From positions 321,980 through 385,979 of the forward strand of contig JAHJSM010000001.1 in NCBI GenBank assembly GCA_018830295.1: a DNA stretch of 64,000 nucleotides. The letters run 5' to 3'. A program made the translations under genes and the position numbers. Origin of the DNA: Patescibacteria group bacterium. Its GTDB lineage: Bacteria > Patescibacteriota > Minisyncoccia > Portnoybacterales > UBA2143. Below, one piece after another: positions 37,728-47,350 of the stretch. Under the pieces are notes generated by a model. That model saw nothing but the letters and a program-made list of their open reading frames with translations. It was not told where the DNA came from and made no database searches. How positions within the stretch are numbered: the stretch's first letter is position 1; every line of letters begins with the position of its first letter.

Positions 37728-39179
37728 TTATTTAACCCAATATTTGCCTTTCATCTCTGAGTCAACTTCTTCTTTTTTTTCTTTTATCTTTTTATCTCTC
37801 GTTTTTAATTCTTTGTCGGAGAGTTTGTTTAGTTCTTTGGCTATTTCGGAGAGTTTCTTTTTTGTGTTGATTTTTGGGTTTTCTAACGCTTCAGAGAGGA
37901 GGGCGTTAAGGATTAGTCCTAATTTTGGTCCGGGTTTGGTTTCTAAAATTTTCATTAAATCGTCCCCGTTGATTTTGAGCATCTTGACGGAGATAGGATC
38001 TTTGGAAACCTTTTCAATTAGATATTCTAAATGTCTTAATTTGTAAGGAACCGCCTTTGGGCATCCGCTTCCCAATCTATCAGTTATTCGCAATTTGAGC
38101 AAGTCCCCCATATTCTCGCGCCCAACCCGCCTCAAAAGCCGCCTTACGCCCGTTTCGCTCACCTCGTCCACGCCGTAAACAAACATGTGGTTGCGGACTA
38201 AATGCGCGACTTTTTCAATTGTTTTTTTGGGAAATCTCAATCGTTGGAGAATGTTGGCGGCGAATCGGGCGCCGACAATATCGTGGTTGTAAAAGGTGGA
38301 ATATTCCCCTTGACCTCTTTTTGTTTGCGGTTTGGCAATGTCATGCAAAAGAGCGGCGAGGCGGACTTCCAGCCCGTACTTTCTTTTTGCGCCGAATTTC
38401 AAAGCCAAAACGCAATGGCGATAAATGCTGTAAATGTGATGCCTGTTTTGCGCGACGCCAATCCCCTTTTCCAATTCTGGAATAATATATTTTAGCAGAC
38501 CTGTTTCTCGCAATAATTCAATCGCCTCTTCTGGTTCATCCGCCATAATCATTTTAATCAGTTCATCGCGGATTCGTTCTTTAGCGATTGCTTGAAGCCA
38601 GGCAGCGTTCTTTTTAATCGCTTCCAGCGTCTGGGTTTCAATTTGCCATTTTCCGGCGGGCGAACCCAACTCCGCCGTGAAACGGATGGCTCTCAACATT
38701 CTCAAGGCGTCTTCGCCAAATCTGTTGTCCGCCTTCCTTACGGCTTTAATAAGCCGTTTTTTAATGTCTTCTTGCCCGCCAAAAAGGTCAATCAATTCTC
38801 CTTTTTTATTTAAAGCGAGCGCGTTAATCGTGAAGTCGCGGCGCGAAAGGTCTTTTTCTACGCGGATGGTGAAACTGACTTTATCGGGATGTCGCTTGTC
38901 GGTGTATCTTTGTTCCGTTCGAAAAGTGGTGATTTCAACCTCTTTCAACGCCCTTTCCTCGCTTTCCGTCTTGACTGTGACTGTTCCAAATTTGTTCGCG
39001 TAAAAACTGTCAGGAAATATGCCTTGAATTTCTTCGGGCTTCGCTTTGGTTGTAATATCCCAATCCTTTGGCTTTTTGCCAAGCAGAATGTCGCGAACGC
39101 AGCCGCCCACCGCGTATGCCTCAAATCCCCCCTTTTCCAATTTCCCTAAAATATCTTTTATTTCCTTCGGAAGTTTCAT
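37728..39179 (-). CDS. cca: CCA-adding tRNA nucleotidyltransferase with HD domain
   Basis: 'VGGCVRD.LLG..PKDWDITT', 'DLSRRDFTINA', 'EDALRMLRA.RF', 'LLHDIAKP'; local tRNA genes lack encoded CCA. Confidence 0.9.
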   Translation of the reverse strand: MKLPKEIKDILGKLEKGGFEAYAVGGCVRDILLGKKPKDWDITTKAKPEEIQGIFPDSFYANKFGTVTVKTESEERALKEVEITTFRTEQRYTDKRHPDKVSFTIRVEKDLSRRDFTINALALNKKGELIDLFGGQEDIKKRLIKAVRKADNRFGEDALRMLRAIRFTAELGSPAGKWQIETQTLEAIKKNAAWLQAIAKERIRDELIKMIMADEPEEAIELLRETGLLKYIIPELEKGIGVAQNRHHIYSIYRHCVLALKFGAKRKYGLEVRLAALLHDIAKPQTKRGQGEYSTFYNHDIVGARFAANILQRLRFPKKTIEKVAHLVRNHMFVYGVDEVSETGVRRLLRRVGRENMGDLLKLRITDRLGSGCPKAVPYKLRHLEYLIEKVSKDPISVKMLKINGDDLMKILETKPGPKLGLILNALLSEALENPKINTKKKLSEIAKELNKLSDKELKTRDKKIKEKKEEVDSEMKGKYWVK

Positions 39180-39269
39180 GGTCTCATCATAACGCGATTA
39201 GATTTTTTCCGCAATCTATCCCTAGACAATTTGACCGAGGGGCGGTTTTGGTTTAGAGTGGTGGTAGAT

Positions 39270-39342
39270 GCGCCCGTAGCTCAACGGATAGAGTATCGCG
39301 CTTCGGACGCGAGGGTTGGGGGTTCGAGTCCCTCCGGGCGCA
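39270..39342 (+). tRNA. tRNA-Arg(TCG)
   Basis: GCGCCCG/CGGGCGC acceptor stem, TCGCG-ctTCGga-CGCGA. Confidence 0.93.
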
Positions 39343-39353
39343 CATAAACATTC

Positions 39354-39425
39354 GCGCTCATAGCTCAATGGTAGAGCAGTTGCCTCTTAAGCAATTGGTT
39401 CCAGGTTCAAATCCTGGTGGGCGCA
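39354..39425 (+). tRNA. tRNA-Lys(CTT)
   Basis: GCGCTCA/TGGGCGC acceptor stem, TTGC-ctCTTaa-GCAA. Confidence 0.93.
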
Positions 39426-39472
39426 CAAGTTTTAATTTGCTTTTTTTTGTTTTGTCTGATAGAATAGGGGAT

Positions 39473-39742
39473 ATGTTAAAACCAAGTAAAAAGTCAAAAA
39501 TAATTGGCGATTATAAGACGCATGAGAATGATACTGGCTCTTCGGAGGTTCAGATTGCTATTCTCACTAAGCAGATTGAAGAACTCGCCAAGCATCTTAA
39601 GACGCATACCAAAGACAACCACTCTCGCAGAGGGCTTTTGAAAATGGTCGCCAAAAGAAAAAAACTTCTTGACTATTTAAAAAAAGAAAACGAAAAAAGT
39701 TATAAGAAGGTTACCAAAAAGTTGGGGCTGAAGACAAAATAA
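39473..39742 (+). CDS. rpsO: 30S ribosomal protein S15
   Basis: '[16 protein letters not shown]...L..H...[21 protein letters not shown]'; true start is the ATG at 39473. Confidence 0.97.
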   Translation: MLKPSKKSKIIGDYKTHENDTGSSEVQIAILTKQIEELAKHLKTHTKDNHSRRGLLKMVAKRKKLLDYLKKENEKSYKKVTKKLGLKTK

Positions 39743-40278
39743 TGCCTATTCTTAAACATAAAGAACAGAGGGTTGCTGTTTTAGTTGATGTTCAAAATAT
39801 GTATCACTCCGCCAAAAACCTTTACGGGGCGAGAGCGAACTTTAACGAGATTTTGAAGGCGGCGGTCGGGCAGAGGAAGTTGATTCGGGCGATCGCTTAC
39901 ACAACAAGAACGGAAACACCTGAAGAAAAAACCTTTTTTGACGCTTTGGAGAAGGCTGGTTTTGAGGTCAAAACAAAGGATTTGCAGATTTTTCCGGGCG
40001 GAATGAAAAAGGGGAATTGGGATGTTGATATCGTAATTGACGCGATTAAATTTTCTAACGCAGTTGACGCGATTGTTTTAGTGACAGGGGATGGCGATTT
40101 CGTGCCTTTAGTTGAATATCTTAAATTAACTCGTGGCGTTCAAACGGAAGTCATTGCTTTTGAGCGAAGCGCTTCCGCTAAATTAAAGGAGGCATCAGAC
40201 GATTTCATTGATTTGAGCGAGAATAAGGGCAAGTATTTAATCAGAAGCGGCGGCGGGAAGAAGAATATCAAAAAATAA
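39742..40278 (+). CDS. NYN domain (LabA/DUF88) protein
   Basis: 'VLVDVQNMY', 'KGNWDV', 'LVTGDGDFVPL'. Confidence 0.9.
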   Translation: MPILKHKEQRVAVLVDVQNMYHSAKNLYGARANFNEILKAAVGQRKLIRAIAYTTRTETPEEKTFFDALEKAGFEVKTKDLQIFPGGMKKGNWDVDIVIDAIKFSNAVDAIVLVTGDGDFVPLVEYLKLTRGVQTEVIAFERSASAKLKEASDDFIDLSENKGKYLIRSGGGKKNIKK

Positions 40279-40348
40279 ATTCGGCCTTTAGACAGGCAGT
40301 GTATTAATTAAAATTATTAATATTCTGAAGTTTGAAGGCCATAATAAG

Positions 40349-42502
40349 ATGGAACATAAAAAATTTCAGATGGATTTGGCGGGTCGGGAATTGAAGATTG
40401 AAGTCGGTCAAATGGCGACGCGCGCCGGCGGTTCGGTTTTGTTGACTTATGGAGGGACGACTGTTTTGGCGACGGCGACCATGGACAAAAGAGCGAGAGA
40501 TGTTGATTATCTGCCCCTCATGGTTGATTACGAGGAGAAGTTTTACGCGGCCGGTAAAATCAAGAGCGGCCGTTTTATGAAAAGAGAAGGGCGCGCTTCG
40601 GATGAGGCGATTTTGACGGGAAGAATGATCGACCGAGTTTTAAGGCCTCTTTTTAACCAAAAGATTAGGAATGAGATTCAAGTTATTTTGACGGTCTTGT
40701 CTTTTGACGGAGAAAACGATTCGGATGTTCCCTCTTTGCTTGCCGCTTCTTTGGCGCTGGGGATTTCCAATATTCCGTGGAATGGTCCTGTCGCCGGTTT
40801 TAGAATCGGGCGGACGACTGTTGGAGAAGCCGGTCCTGAACAGGATTGGGTTCTTAATCCGACTTACGAGGCGAGAGAAAAAAGCGACTTTGACTTGATT
40901 GCCGCTGGACGCGAGGGAAGAATTAATATGATTGAAGGAGGCGCCGAGCAGGTCCCAGTAGAGGTTCTGTTGTCCGCGATTGAGTTCGCGCAGCCGCAAA
41001 TTAAAAATGTGATTCAGTTTCAAAAAGACATTATTAAAGAATTAAATGTGGTCAAGGCAGATTTAGCTCTTTCAGAAACAGATAAGGCATTGGTTGAAGA
41101 AGTTAAAAAATGGTTAGGTGATAAATTAGAAAAAGCCATTTTTCAGCCGGAAAACGCGGACAGAATGGACGACGCGAATGATTTGAAAAGGGAAATGATT
41201 GAGACATTGGCTGAAAAGTTAGTGGAATCAGGCGCGGAAAAGTCGGAAATAGAAGCGAAAAAAAGGCAGATGGACGAAATTTTTGAAGAAGAAATTAACC
41301 GAATTGTTCACGACGGAGTTCTAAAAGCGCCCGCTGGACAAGAAAAAAGACCCGATGGAAGAAAATTAGACGAGGTCAGAGAAATTAAATGCAAAGTTGG
41401 TTTTTTGCCTCGCACTCACAGTTCGGCTCTTTTTGAAAGAGGAGCGACGCAAGCGCTTTCTACAGTCACATTGGGTTCTCCGGGAGATGAGCAGACAATT
41501 GAAAACATGCGAATGGATGCTAAAAAGCCTTTTTTCCATCATTACAATTTTCCTCCTTTCTGCGTTGGCGAGGTGCGTCCGATGCGCGGTCCCGGACGGC
41601 GAGACATTGGGCATGGCGCTTTGGCGGAAAGAGCGCTTTTGCCTCTTATCCCCGAAAGAGAAAAATTCCCCTATACGATTCGTTTGGTTTCGGAAGTGCT
41701 TACCTCTAACGGTTCATCTTCAATGGCTTCGGTTAGCGGCTCAAGTTTGGCCTTAATGGACGCGGGAGTTCCCATTAAGAGCCATATCAGCGGCATCGCG
41801 ATGGGGCTGATGATGGACTCGCCCGAAAATTACAAAGTTTTGACCGACATTCAAGGGCCGGAAGACCACCACGGTGATATGGACTGCAAAATCGCGGGGA
41901 CGAGGGCGGGGGTGACAGCTTGCCAAATGGATGTTAAGATAGATGGAGTTACGGTGGAAATGTTGAGAGATGTTTTCGCGGGAGCGAAGAAGGCGAGACT
42001 GCATATTATTGGCGAGATGGAAAAAGCAATTAGCGAACCGAGGGCGGAACTTTCACCTTACGCTCCGAGAATTTTAACGATTAGGATTAACCCAGAAAAA
42101 ATCGGAAAAGTTATCGGTCCTGGAGGCAAAATGATTAACGAGATTATCGCCGAAACAGGAGCCAAAATTGATATTGAAGACGATGGATTAGTAAGTATCA
42201 CCGCGGTTAATGGAAGCGATGGAGAAGCGGCTCTTCAACGAGTGAAAGACCTAACGCGTGAAGCGAAACCGGGCGAGATTTTCAAAGGAAAAGTGGTTAA
42301 AATTATGGACTTTGGCGCTTTTGTTGAAATTTTTCCGGGGCAAGACGGACTGGTCCATATTTCTGAAATATCTAATGAGCGGGTCAATCGAGTAGAGGAT
42401 GTTTTGAGTTTAGGGCAAGAGATTTCCGTCAAAGTAAAAGAAATTGATAATACGGGGAGAATTAGTTTGACTTTAAGGGGAGTAAATGACGAAACGCGAT
42501 AG
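40349..42502 (+). CDS. pnp: Polyribonucleotide nucleotidyltransferase
   Basis: 'R.IDR..RPLF', 'RRDIGHG.LAERAL', 'SNGSSSMAS', 'DHHGDMD.K.AG', KH and S1 domains. Confidence 0.97.
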   Translation: MEHKKFQMDLAGRELKIEVGQMATRAGGSVLLTYGGTTVLATATMDKRARDVDYLPLMVDYEEKFYAAGKIKSGRFMKREGRASDEAILTGRMIDRVLRPLFNQKIRNEIQVILTVLSFDGENDSDVPSLLAASLALGISNIPWNGPVAGFRIGRTTVGEAGPEQDWVLNPTYEAREKSDFDLIAAGREGRINMIEGGAEQVPVEVLLSAIEFAQPQIKNVIQFQKDIIKELNVVKADLALSETDKALVEEVKKWLGDKLEKAIFQPENADRMDDANDLKREMIETLAEKLVESGAEKSEIEAKKRQMDEIFEEEINRIVHDGVLKAPAGQEKRPDGRKLDEVREIKCKVGFLPRTHSSALFERGATQALSTVTLGSPGDEQTIENMRMDAKKPFFHHYNFPPFCVGEVRPMRGPGRRDIGHGALAERALLPLIPEREKFPYTIRLVSEVLTSNGSSSMASVSGSSLALMDAGVPIKSHISGIAMGLMMDSPENYKVLTDIQGPEDHHGDMDCKIAGTRAGVTACQMDVKIDGVTVEMLRDVFAGAKKARLHIIGEMEKAISEPRAELSPYAPRILTIRINPEKIGKVIGPGGKMINEIIAETGAKIDIEDDGLVSITAVNGSDGEAALQRVKDLTREAKPGEIFKGKVVKIMDFGAFVEIFPGQDGLVHISEISNERVNRVEDVLSLGQEISVKVKEIDNTGRISLTLRGVNDETR

Positions 42503-42535
42503 GGCTTATTAAGTTTTGCGCGTTTTGTATTATTT

Positions 42536-43723
42536 ATGGAGGATAACAATTCAAATTTGGCGGCAACACTTAAAGTTAAGCCCGTTCCTGAAGTGATGAC
42601 CGAAATGAAGAAAGAAACGGTTATCAGGACGATGCAAAAAGACATTGATTCTTTGCGCGGGCATATCGCGAAAGAAAGCGTAATAAAAGAGGTTAGGAAA
42701 GCGCCGCAAGAAAAAAAGAAAGATAGTTTAATTAAACGGATTATTTTGAGATTTAGAAAATCGGAAGAGACCCTCTTAAAAGAAAAAGAGCGAAAAAAAG
42801 ACGAAGAACAGAAATTTATTGAAGAACAGAAACAGAAGGAAGAGCATAAAAAAATAAGGGAAGAGCAACAGAAAATAGCCGAAGAGCGGAAGAAAGCGGA
42901 GAAAAAAACAGTTGTTCAAAAAGAAAAAAACAATTTGCCAAAATTAATTGTTTCAGCTTTGGCGATTATCTTGATTTTAATAAGCACAGGAGGAGTTCTT
43001 TACTGGTGGAATTATGTCAGAACAGTTGTTCCACCAGTTATAGCGACATATTATCAATGTCAGGATTTTCAATGCGTTAGCGTTGAAGGAGAAGGGGTGG
43101 ACCAATGCCAAATGAGCCAGGATTGTCAGCCGACGGAACCGGATATTCCGCAATCGCTCATCCCAACAAGCGGGACAGAATTGATTGTGTTAGAAGCTGG
43201 ATATGAAGACGCGTTTATTCAAGAACTAAAATTGATTTTAGCTAAAGAAAAAGAGGAAGGCGCGCTTGAAAGTATTTTAATAAAAATTACCAGCCAGACG
43301 GAAATAAGATACGCTAGTTTGAGCGATTTTATTTCATTTTTAGGGATTAATTTGCCAACGGAAATTATCCAATCTAATTACACTTTTTTTTCGTATCGCC
43401 AACCCGAAGGCGCGCGGCTCGGGCTCGTAATTCAACTTAAAGAAGGAGCTGATTTGAGCGAAACCCTTAATCTTTGGGAAACGAACATTCAAGAAGACCT
43501 CAAAGCGCTTTTTATCGGCTTAAACGAACAAGATGTTTTAACGGCGGCAACTGAAGAATTTCAAGACAATACTTATAATGAGATCGCCATCCGTTATCTT
43601 AATTTTCCAAGTTCTGACTTAAGCATTGATTACGCGGTTGTGGACGACAAACTCATTATCGCGACCTCAAAAAAGAGCATGTACGCGGCGATTAACGCGT
43701 TGATGCCGATTGAATATGAATAA
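42536..43723 (+). CDS. Hypothetical bitopic membrane protein with coiled coil and small Cys motif
   Basis: 'IRTMQKD', E/K-rich coil, TM helix, 'YQCQDFQC...DQCQMSQDC'. Confidence 0.6.
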   Translation: MEDNNSNLAATLKVKPVPEVMTEMKKETVIRTMQKDIDSLRGHIAKESVIKEVRKAPQEKKKDSLIKRIILRFRKSEETLLKEKERKKDEEQKFIEEQKQKEEHKKIREEQQKIAEERKKAEKKTVVQKEKNNLPKLIVSALAIILILISTGGVLYWWNYVRTVVPPVIATYYQCQDFQCVSVEGEGVDQCQMSQDCQPTEPDIPQSLIPTSGTELIVLEAGYEDAFIQELKLILAKEKEEGALESILIKITSQTEIRYASLSDFISFLGINLPTEIIQSNYTFFSYRQPEGARLGLVIQLKEGADLSETLNLWETNIQEDLKALFIGLNEQDVLTAATEEFQDNTYNEIAIRYLNFPSSDLSIDYAVVDDKLIIATSKKSMYAAINALMPIEYE

Positions 43724-44423
43724 AGTTAATATTAAAATAAAGAAAGGCGAATGTTCGCCGAACCAAATCGCGGATAATTTGAAAGTTGATTTAAGAGAAG
43801 ATCTAAACGCTAAAAAAAGACAGCCGTTCAAAAGGTGGCTGTTTTTGTTTATTGCTTTATTTTTGTTGGTCTTAATTTTTACTGTCTGCCAAAATACTTT
43901 TTTTTCCGATAAAACGTCTTTTAACCGTCTAATCCCCAAAGAAGCGGTTGTTTTTGGATTAATTGACCAGGCCTCGCTTTATAATCAAACAGCTCCCTTT
44001 TATGGGCTGTTAAAAGAAAGCAATTTTTACGGTCAAAACGCGCTTTCTAAAATGGGCGGATACTTCAATCAAGCGAATTTAGACATTCAAAATGACTTTC
44101 AGCCGCTTTTTAAGCAAGAAGCCGCTTTTATTCTGATGCCTTCTAATTCAGAAACATCTTTTCCTTTTGCTGTCATATTTAAGAAAAACCAGCCATCGTC
44201 CGAAGTAGAGCGAATTTTGTCTAAAATTGAACCAAAATTAAAAGAGGACTACAATTTTTCAACTGAAAAATACAGACAGATTAAAACGACATTTTTGCGG
44301 CCGATTTCCTCTGTTTCGGGCGCTTTGCCTGATTTATATGCCTACGCTCAAATAGATGGATATTTTATTATTTGCAACTCAAAAAAAACGATAGAAGCGT
44401 TTATTAACTCAATTATTGACTAA
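43716..44423 (+). CDS. Hypothetical membrane-anchored protein (DUF3352-like)
   Basis: Single TM followed by a soluble domain; co-oriented with the upstream gene. Confidence 0.55.
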   Translation: MNKVNIKIKKGECSPNQIADNLKVDLREDLNAKKRQPFKRWLFLFIALFLLVLIFTVCQNTFFSDKTSFNRLIPKEAVVFGLIDQASLYNQTAPFYGLLKESNFYGQNALSKMGGYFNQANLDIQNDFQPLFKQEAAFILMPSNSETSFPFAVIFKKNQPSSEVERILSKIEPKLKEDYNFSTEKYRQIKTTFLRPISSVSGALPDLYAYAQIDGYFIICNSKKTIEAFINSIID

Positions 44424-44462
44424 TTAAGAGGTCTATGGGGACAAACTGTGGATAAGTAGGGG

Positions 44463-44492
44463 TTGACAGGGATAACTTTTAAATTGTAAAAT
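44463..44492 (+). promoter_or_regulatory. Sigma70 promoter preceded by a DnaA-box consensus
   Basis: TTGACA-18 nt-TAAAAT; TGTGGATAA at 44448-44456. Confidence 0.6.
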
Positions 44493-44497
44493 AGTAG

Positions 44498-44797
44498 TAA
44501 GTTTTTTGCTGGCTATTGTCGGCTAGTTCTTTAATAAAAAAGTCCTCGGAGGGAGGACTAATAGACAGCAAAAGATAAATGTTTTTCTGTAAGAAAATAA
44601 AATATAAAAAAGATGATGGTTATCCTATAAGAGATGGAGGGTGATAGGGTAATATCTCTACATTATAGAAAAACAAGAGAGGATTTGATCCTAAAAAATA
44701 AAAAAAACGAGGCATCAAATCCTCTCTAATATATATCACATATTTAGAGAATAGTCAGTAGTTTTCATAAGTTAGCGGCCACTTGGTCGTTTTTTTT
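44498..44797 (+). ncRNA. Candidate structured non-coding RNA of unknown class
   Basis: Three consecutive long stems (44504-44573, 44580-44675, 44676-44727) between a promoter and a terminator (44775-44797); only very short ORFs. Confidence 0.55.
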
Positions 44798-44856
44798 GTT
44801 TGATTGATTTGTCTCGGCGGTTGGGGTAAAATAAGAGAGATGGATTGGTAAGCAAA

Positions 44857-44914
44857 GAGGTTTGACATAAAGAGTAGCGACATTTCTTAAGGTCGCGCTC
44901 GTAGGTCAAACCTC
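44857..44914. mobile_element. Degenerate family B1 element
   Basis: GAGGTTTGAC/GTCAAACCTC ends around an exact GAGTAGCGACATTTCTTAAGGTCGCGCTCG core. Confidence 0.75.
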
Positions 44915-44923
44915 GTCAAGATT

Positions 44924-46171
44924 ATGGAAGATTATATTTGGATATTTATTTTAATAGGATTTTTTATACTTTGGGGTTTAATTTCATGGATTCGTGAGAC
45001 GATTTCCAATTCAAAAAAATATTTAGAATTAAAACCAAAGTTAGACAACTTGGAAAATTCAATAAAAGAACACGAATCAAAAATTGATAAAGATAGAGAG
45101 GAATGGAGATTAAAAGTAAAAACATGGAATGAAAAAATAAAGAACGATAAAAAAGAGATTCAAAAAATAGCCAGACAGAAATCAATGGGATTTCCTTGGC
45201 TCGCAGAAGCATATGCTGATTATTTTGCGTTAAAAGATGGCGAATTAGAAGAATATTTAAAGTATAAAAAACATCCAGCATATACTGCCGCAGAAAATGT
45301 AAAAATTATCAAAAACGCAAAAAGAGAATTAGTTAGAGAAAATAAAATAATAAGTTATAAGATTAATTATTTTGAAAAACTATTTCCTTGGTTGTCGGAA
45401 TTAATAGCAGAAAATGAAGATGAAGAAATTCCCGTTCGAATTGATGATAATCTGGAAAATAAAGACGACGATAAAGATAGGGTTAAAGATTTTCTTACAC
45501 AGGAAGAATATAGAAAGTTGCCCTCCGTTGAGAGAAATCAAATGGCATTAGATAGATATTTAAAAAATAGATATAAATCAAAATGGGCAATTGGGAGAGA
45601 TTACGAAATGTATGTTGGGTATTTATATGAACAAAAAGGGTATTCCGTTGAATATACGGGGATTATTGATGGTTTTGCAGATCTTGGCAGAGATGTCATT
45701 GCTACAAAAGACGATGAGGTATGTATTATTCAGTGCAAGCGATGGGCGTGTTGGAAAGAAATGCGTGAAAAACATATTTTTCAATTATTCGGAACAACAA
45801 TGGAATATTGGATTAAAAATTTTAAAAACCATAGAAAACCAAAAAATTTCGAAGAATTTGCCAAATTTTTAAACGAAAATAAACTCAGACCAATATTTTT
45901 TACTTCAACAAATTTATCTAATAAAGCAAAAGAAATGGCGAATGCATTAAGTGTTGAAATAATAGAAAACGAGCCACTTGGTGAATTCCCAAGAATTAAG
46001 TGTAATATAAATAATGATGAATTTGGCTCACAAACAAAGATATATCATTTACCCATAGATCAACAATATGATAGAACAATAATCGGTAATCGAGCCGGAG
46101 AATTTTACGCTTTTACTGTCAAAGAAGCGGAGGAAGCTGGTTTTAGAAGAGCATTTAAACATAGTTATTAG
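44924..46171 (+). CDS. Membrane-anchored Mrr-like (PD-(D/Q)xK) endonuclease with C-terminal Ada/thermonuclease-associated domain
   Basis: N-terminal TM and coiled coil; 'GRDYE.YV...Y...GY.V...G...D.GRDVIA......IIQCKRW'; C-terminal 'KCNI...KIYHLP..QQYD...EAEEAGFRRA'; visibly AT-rich. Confidence 0.75.
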   Translation: MEDYIWIFILIGFFILWGLISWIRETISNSKKYLELKPKLDNLENSIKEHESKIDKDREEWRLKVKTWNEKIKNDKKEIQKIARQKSMGFPWLAEAYADYFALKDGELEEYLKYKKHPAYTAAENVKIIKNAKRELVRENKIISYKINYFEKLFPWLSELIAENEDEEIPVRIDDNLENKDDDKDRVKDFLTQEEYRKLPSVERNQMALDRYLKNRYKSKWAIGRDYEMYVGYLYEQKGYSVEYTGIIDGFADLGRDVIATKDDEVCIIQCKRWACWKEMREKHIFQLFGTTMEYWIKNFKNHRKPKNFEEFAKFLNENKLRPIFFTSTNLSNKAKEMANALSVEIIENEPLGEFPRIKCNINNDEFGSQTKIYHLPIDQQYDRTIIGNRAGEFYAFTVKEAEEAGFRRAFKHSY

Positions 46172-46219
46172 AAATTTGAAATTAACAATTCGGATGAAAA
46201 AATAAATAAAAAATAATTT

Positions 46220-46249
46220 GGGGACTGTCCCCTCTTGGGGACAGTCCCC
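46220..46249. repeat. Family A palindromic doublet
   Basis: GGGGACTGTCCCC-tctt-GGGGACAGTCCCC. Confidence 0.9.
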
Positions 46250-46419
46250 CTTTGGGATAGGGGAAAAAGGCGTCAGGAATCTTTTTGGAACAGATAAAAA
46301 ATCATTCGGCTATCGGAAAGCCGAATAAGGGAATAAAATAGAAGATAAAGATTTGGCATTGTTGATTTTTCGCTTTTTTGTGATAAAATGGAAGGAGTGA
46401 AGTTATTAAAAATAAAGAT

Positions 46420-46956
46420 ATGGATAAAATTTCAATTAAATCGCAAAGACAGAAAAAGGGGAGTTGCCAGCCCCGCGGACCTAAGTCAAACAAAGAAGAG
46501 GCCGAGTTTGGGCCTGGGAAGGTTAATGTTTTAATGTGTAAGGATTGCGACGCGGTTTATTTCCGCAAGAGTTGGCATCATTGTTTGAAAGAAGGCAAGG
46601 AGATTTCAGAAGATAAGCCGGCGAGGATTGTCATCTGTCCGGCTTGCCAAATGATTAAGGACAAAATGTTTGAAGGTCAGATAATTTTAAAAAACGCGCC
46701 AGCGGATAAAAAAGGCGAAGTTTTAAACTTGGTCAAAAATGTTGGCAGACGCGCCTTTGAAAGAGATCCAATGGACAGGATTATATCTGTCAAGGAACAA
46801 GGCGGGGAGATAGAGATTTTGACGACCGAAAATCAATTGGCGGCCAGCATTGCCAAACAAATTAAACGGGCCTTCAAAGGGGAAACCGAGAAGATGAAAA
46901 TTTCATGGTCGCATCAGGAAAGCGTCGTGAGGATTGTTTTAAATTTCAAACTTTAA
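46420..46956 (+). CDS. BCAM0308/NMD3-like zinc-binding protein
   Basis: 'CKDC.AVY..K.W', 'CPAC.MIKD...EG', 'DPM.RI', 'TTENQLA..I'. Confidence 0.7.
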   Translation: MDKISIKSQRQKKGSCQPRGPKSNKEEAEFGPGKVNVLMCKDCDAVYFRKSWHHCLKEGKEISEDKPARIVICPACQMIKDKMFEGQIILKNAPADKKGEVLNLVKNVGRRAFERDPMDRIISVKEQGGEIEILTTENQLAASIAKQIKRAFKGETEKMKISWSHQESVVRIVLNFKL

Positions 46957-46978
46957 AAATAAACGTAAGATTATAAAT

Positions 46979-47344
46979 ATGGATAAAAAAACATTAGAAC
47001 AATTTAATAAGAAATTAGAGGCGGAGAAGAATAAATTAACGAAAGAGTTAAAAACATTCGCCCGAAAAGACCCAAAAATAAAAGGGAACTGGTTGACGCG
47101 TTTTCCGTTTTTTAACGCGAATCGTTCGCGTCCAGACGAAAGAGCGGAAGAAAGAGAGGACTACGAGAATCTTCTGCCTGTTGAGTACGCTCTTGAAACG
47201 CGCCTAAAAGACATTGATGAAGCGTTAGAGAGGATTAAGAAAGGAACTTATGGCAATTGCGCCAATTGCGGAAAAGAAATTCGAATTAAACGCCTTGAAA
47301 TAGTCCCTGAAGCAAAACTCTGCTCGGTCTGCGGAAGGAGGTAA
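46979..47344 (+). CDS. DksA/TraR C4 zinc-finger protein
   Basis: 'I.EALERI.KGTYG.C..CG.EI...RL...PEA.LC..C'. Confidence 0.88.
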   Translation: MDKKTLEQFNKKLEAEKNKLTKELKTFARKDPKIKGNWLTRFPFFNANRSRPDERAEEREDYENLLPVEYALETRLKDIDEALERIKKGTYGNCANCGKEIRIKRLEIVPEAKLCSVCGRR

Positions 47345-47350
47345 TTTTAG

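Noticed and set aside
39180-39270. Switch from mostly minus-strand to mostly plus-strand genes as a possible replication origin
   Set aside because: No dnaA/dnaN or DnaA-box cluster here; the DnaA-box matches at 13826 and 44448 are isolated. Whole-genome skew would be needed.
39368-39472. N-terminal extension of RpsO in the ORF track
   Set aside because: It overlaps tRNA-Lys; the real start is the ATG at 39473.
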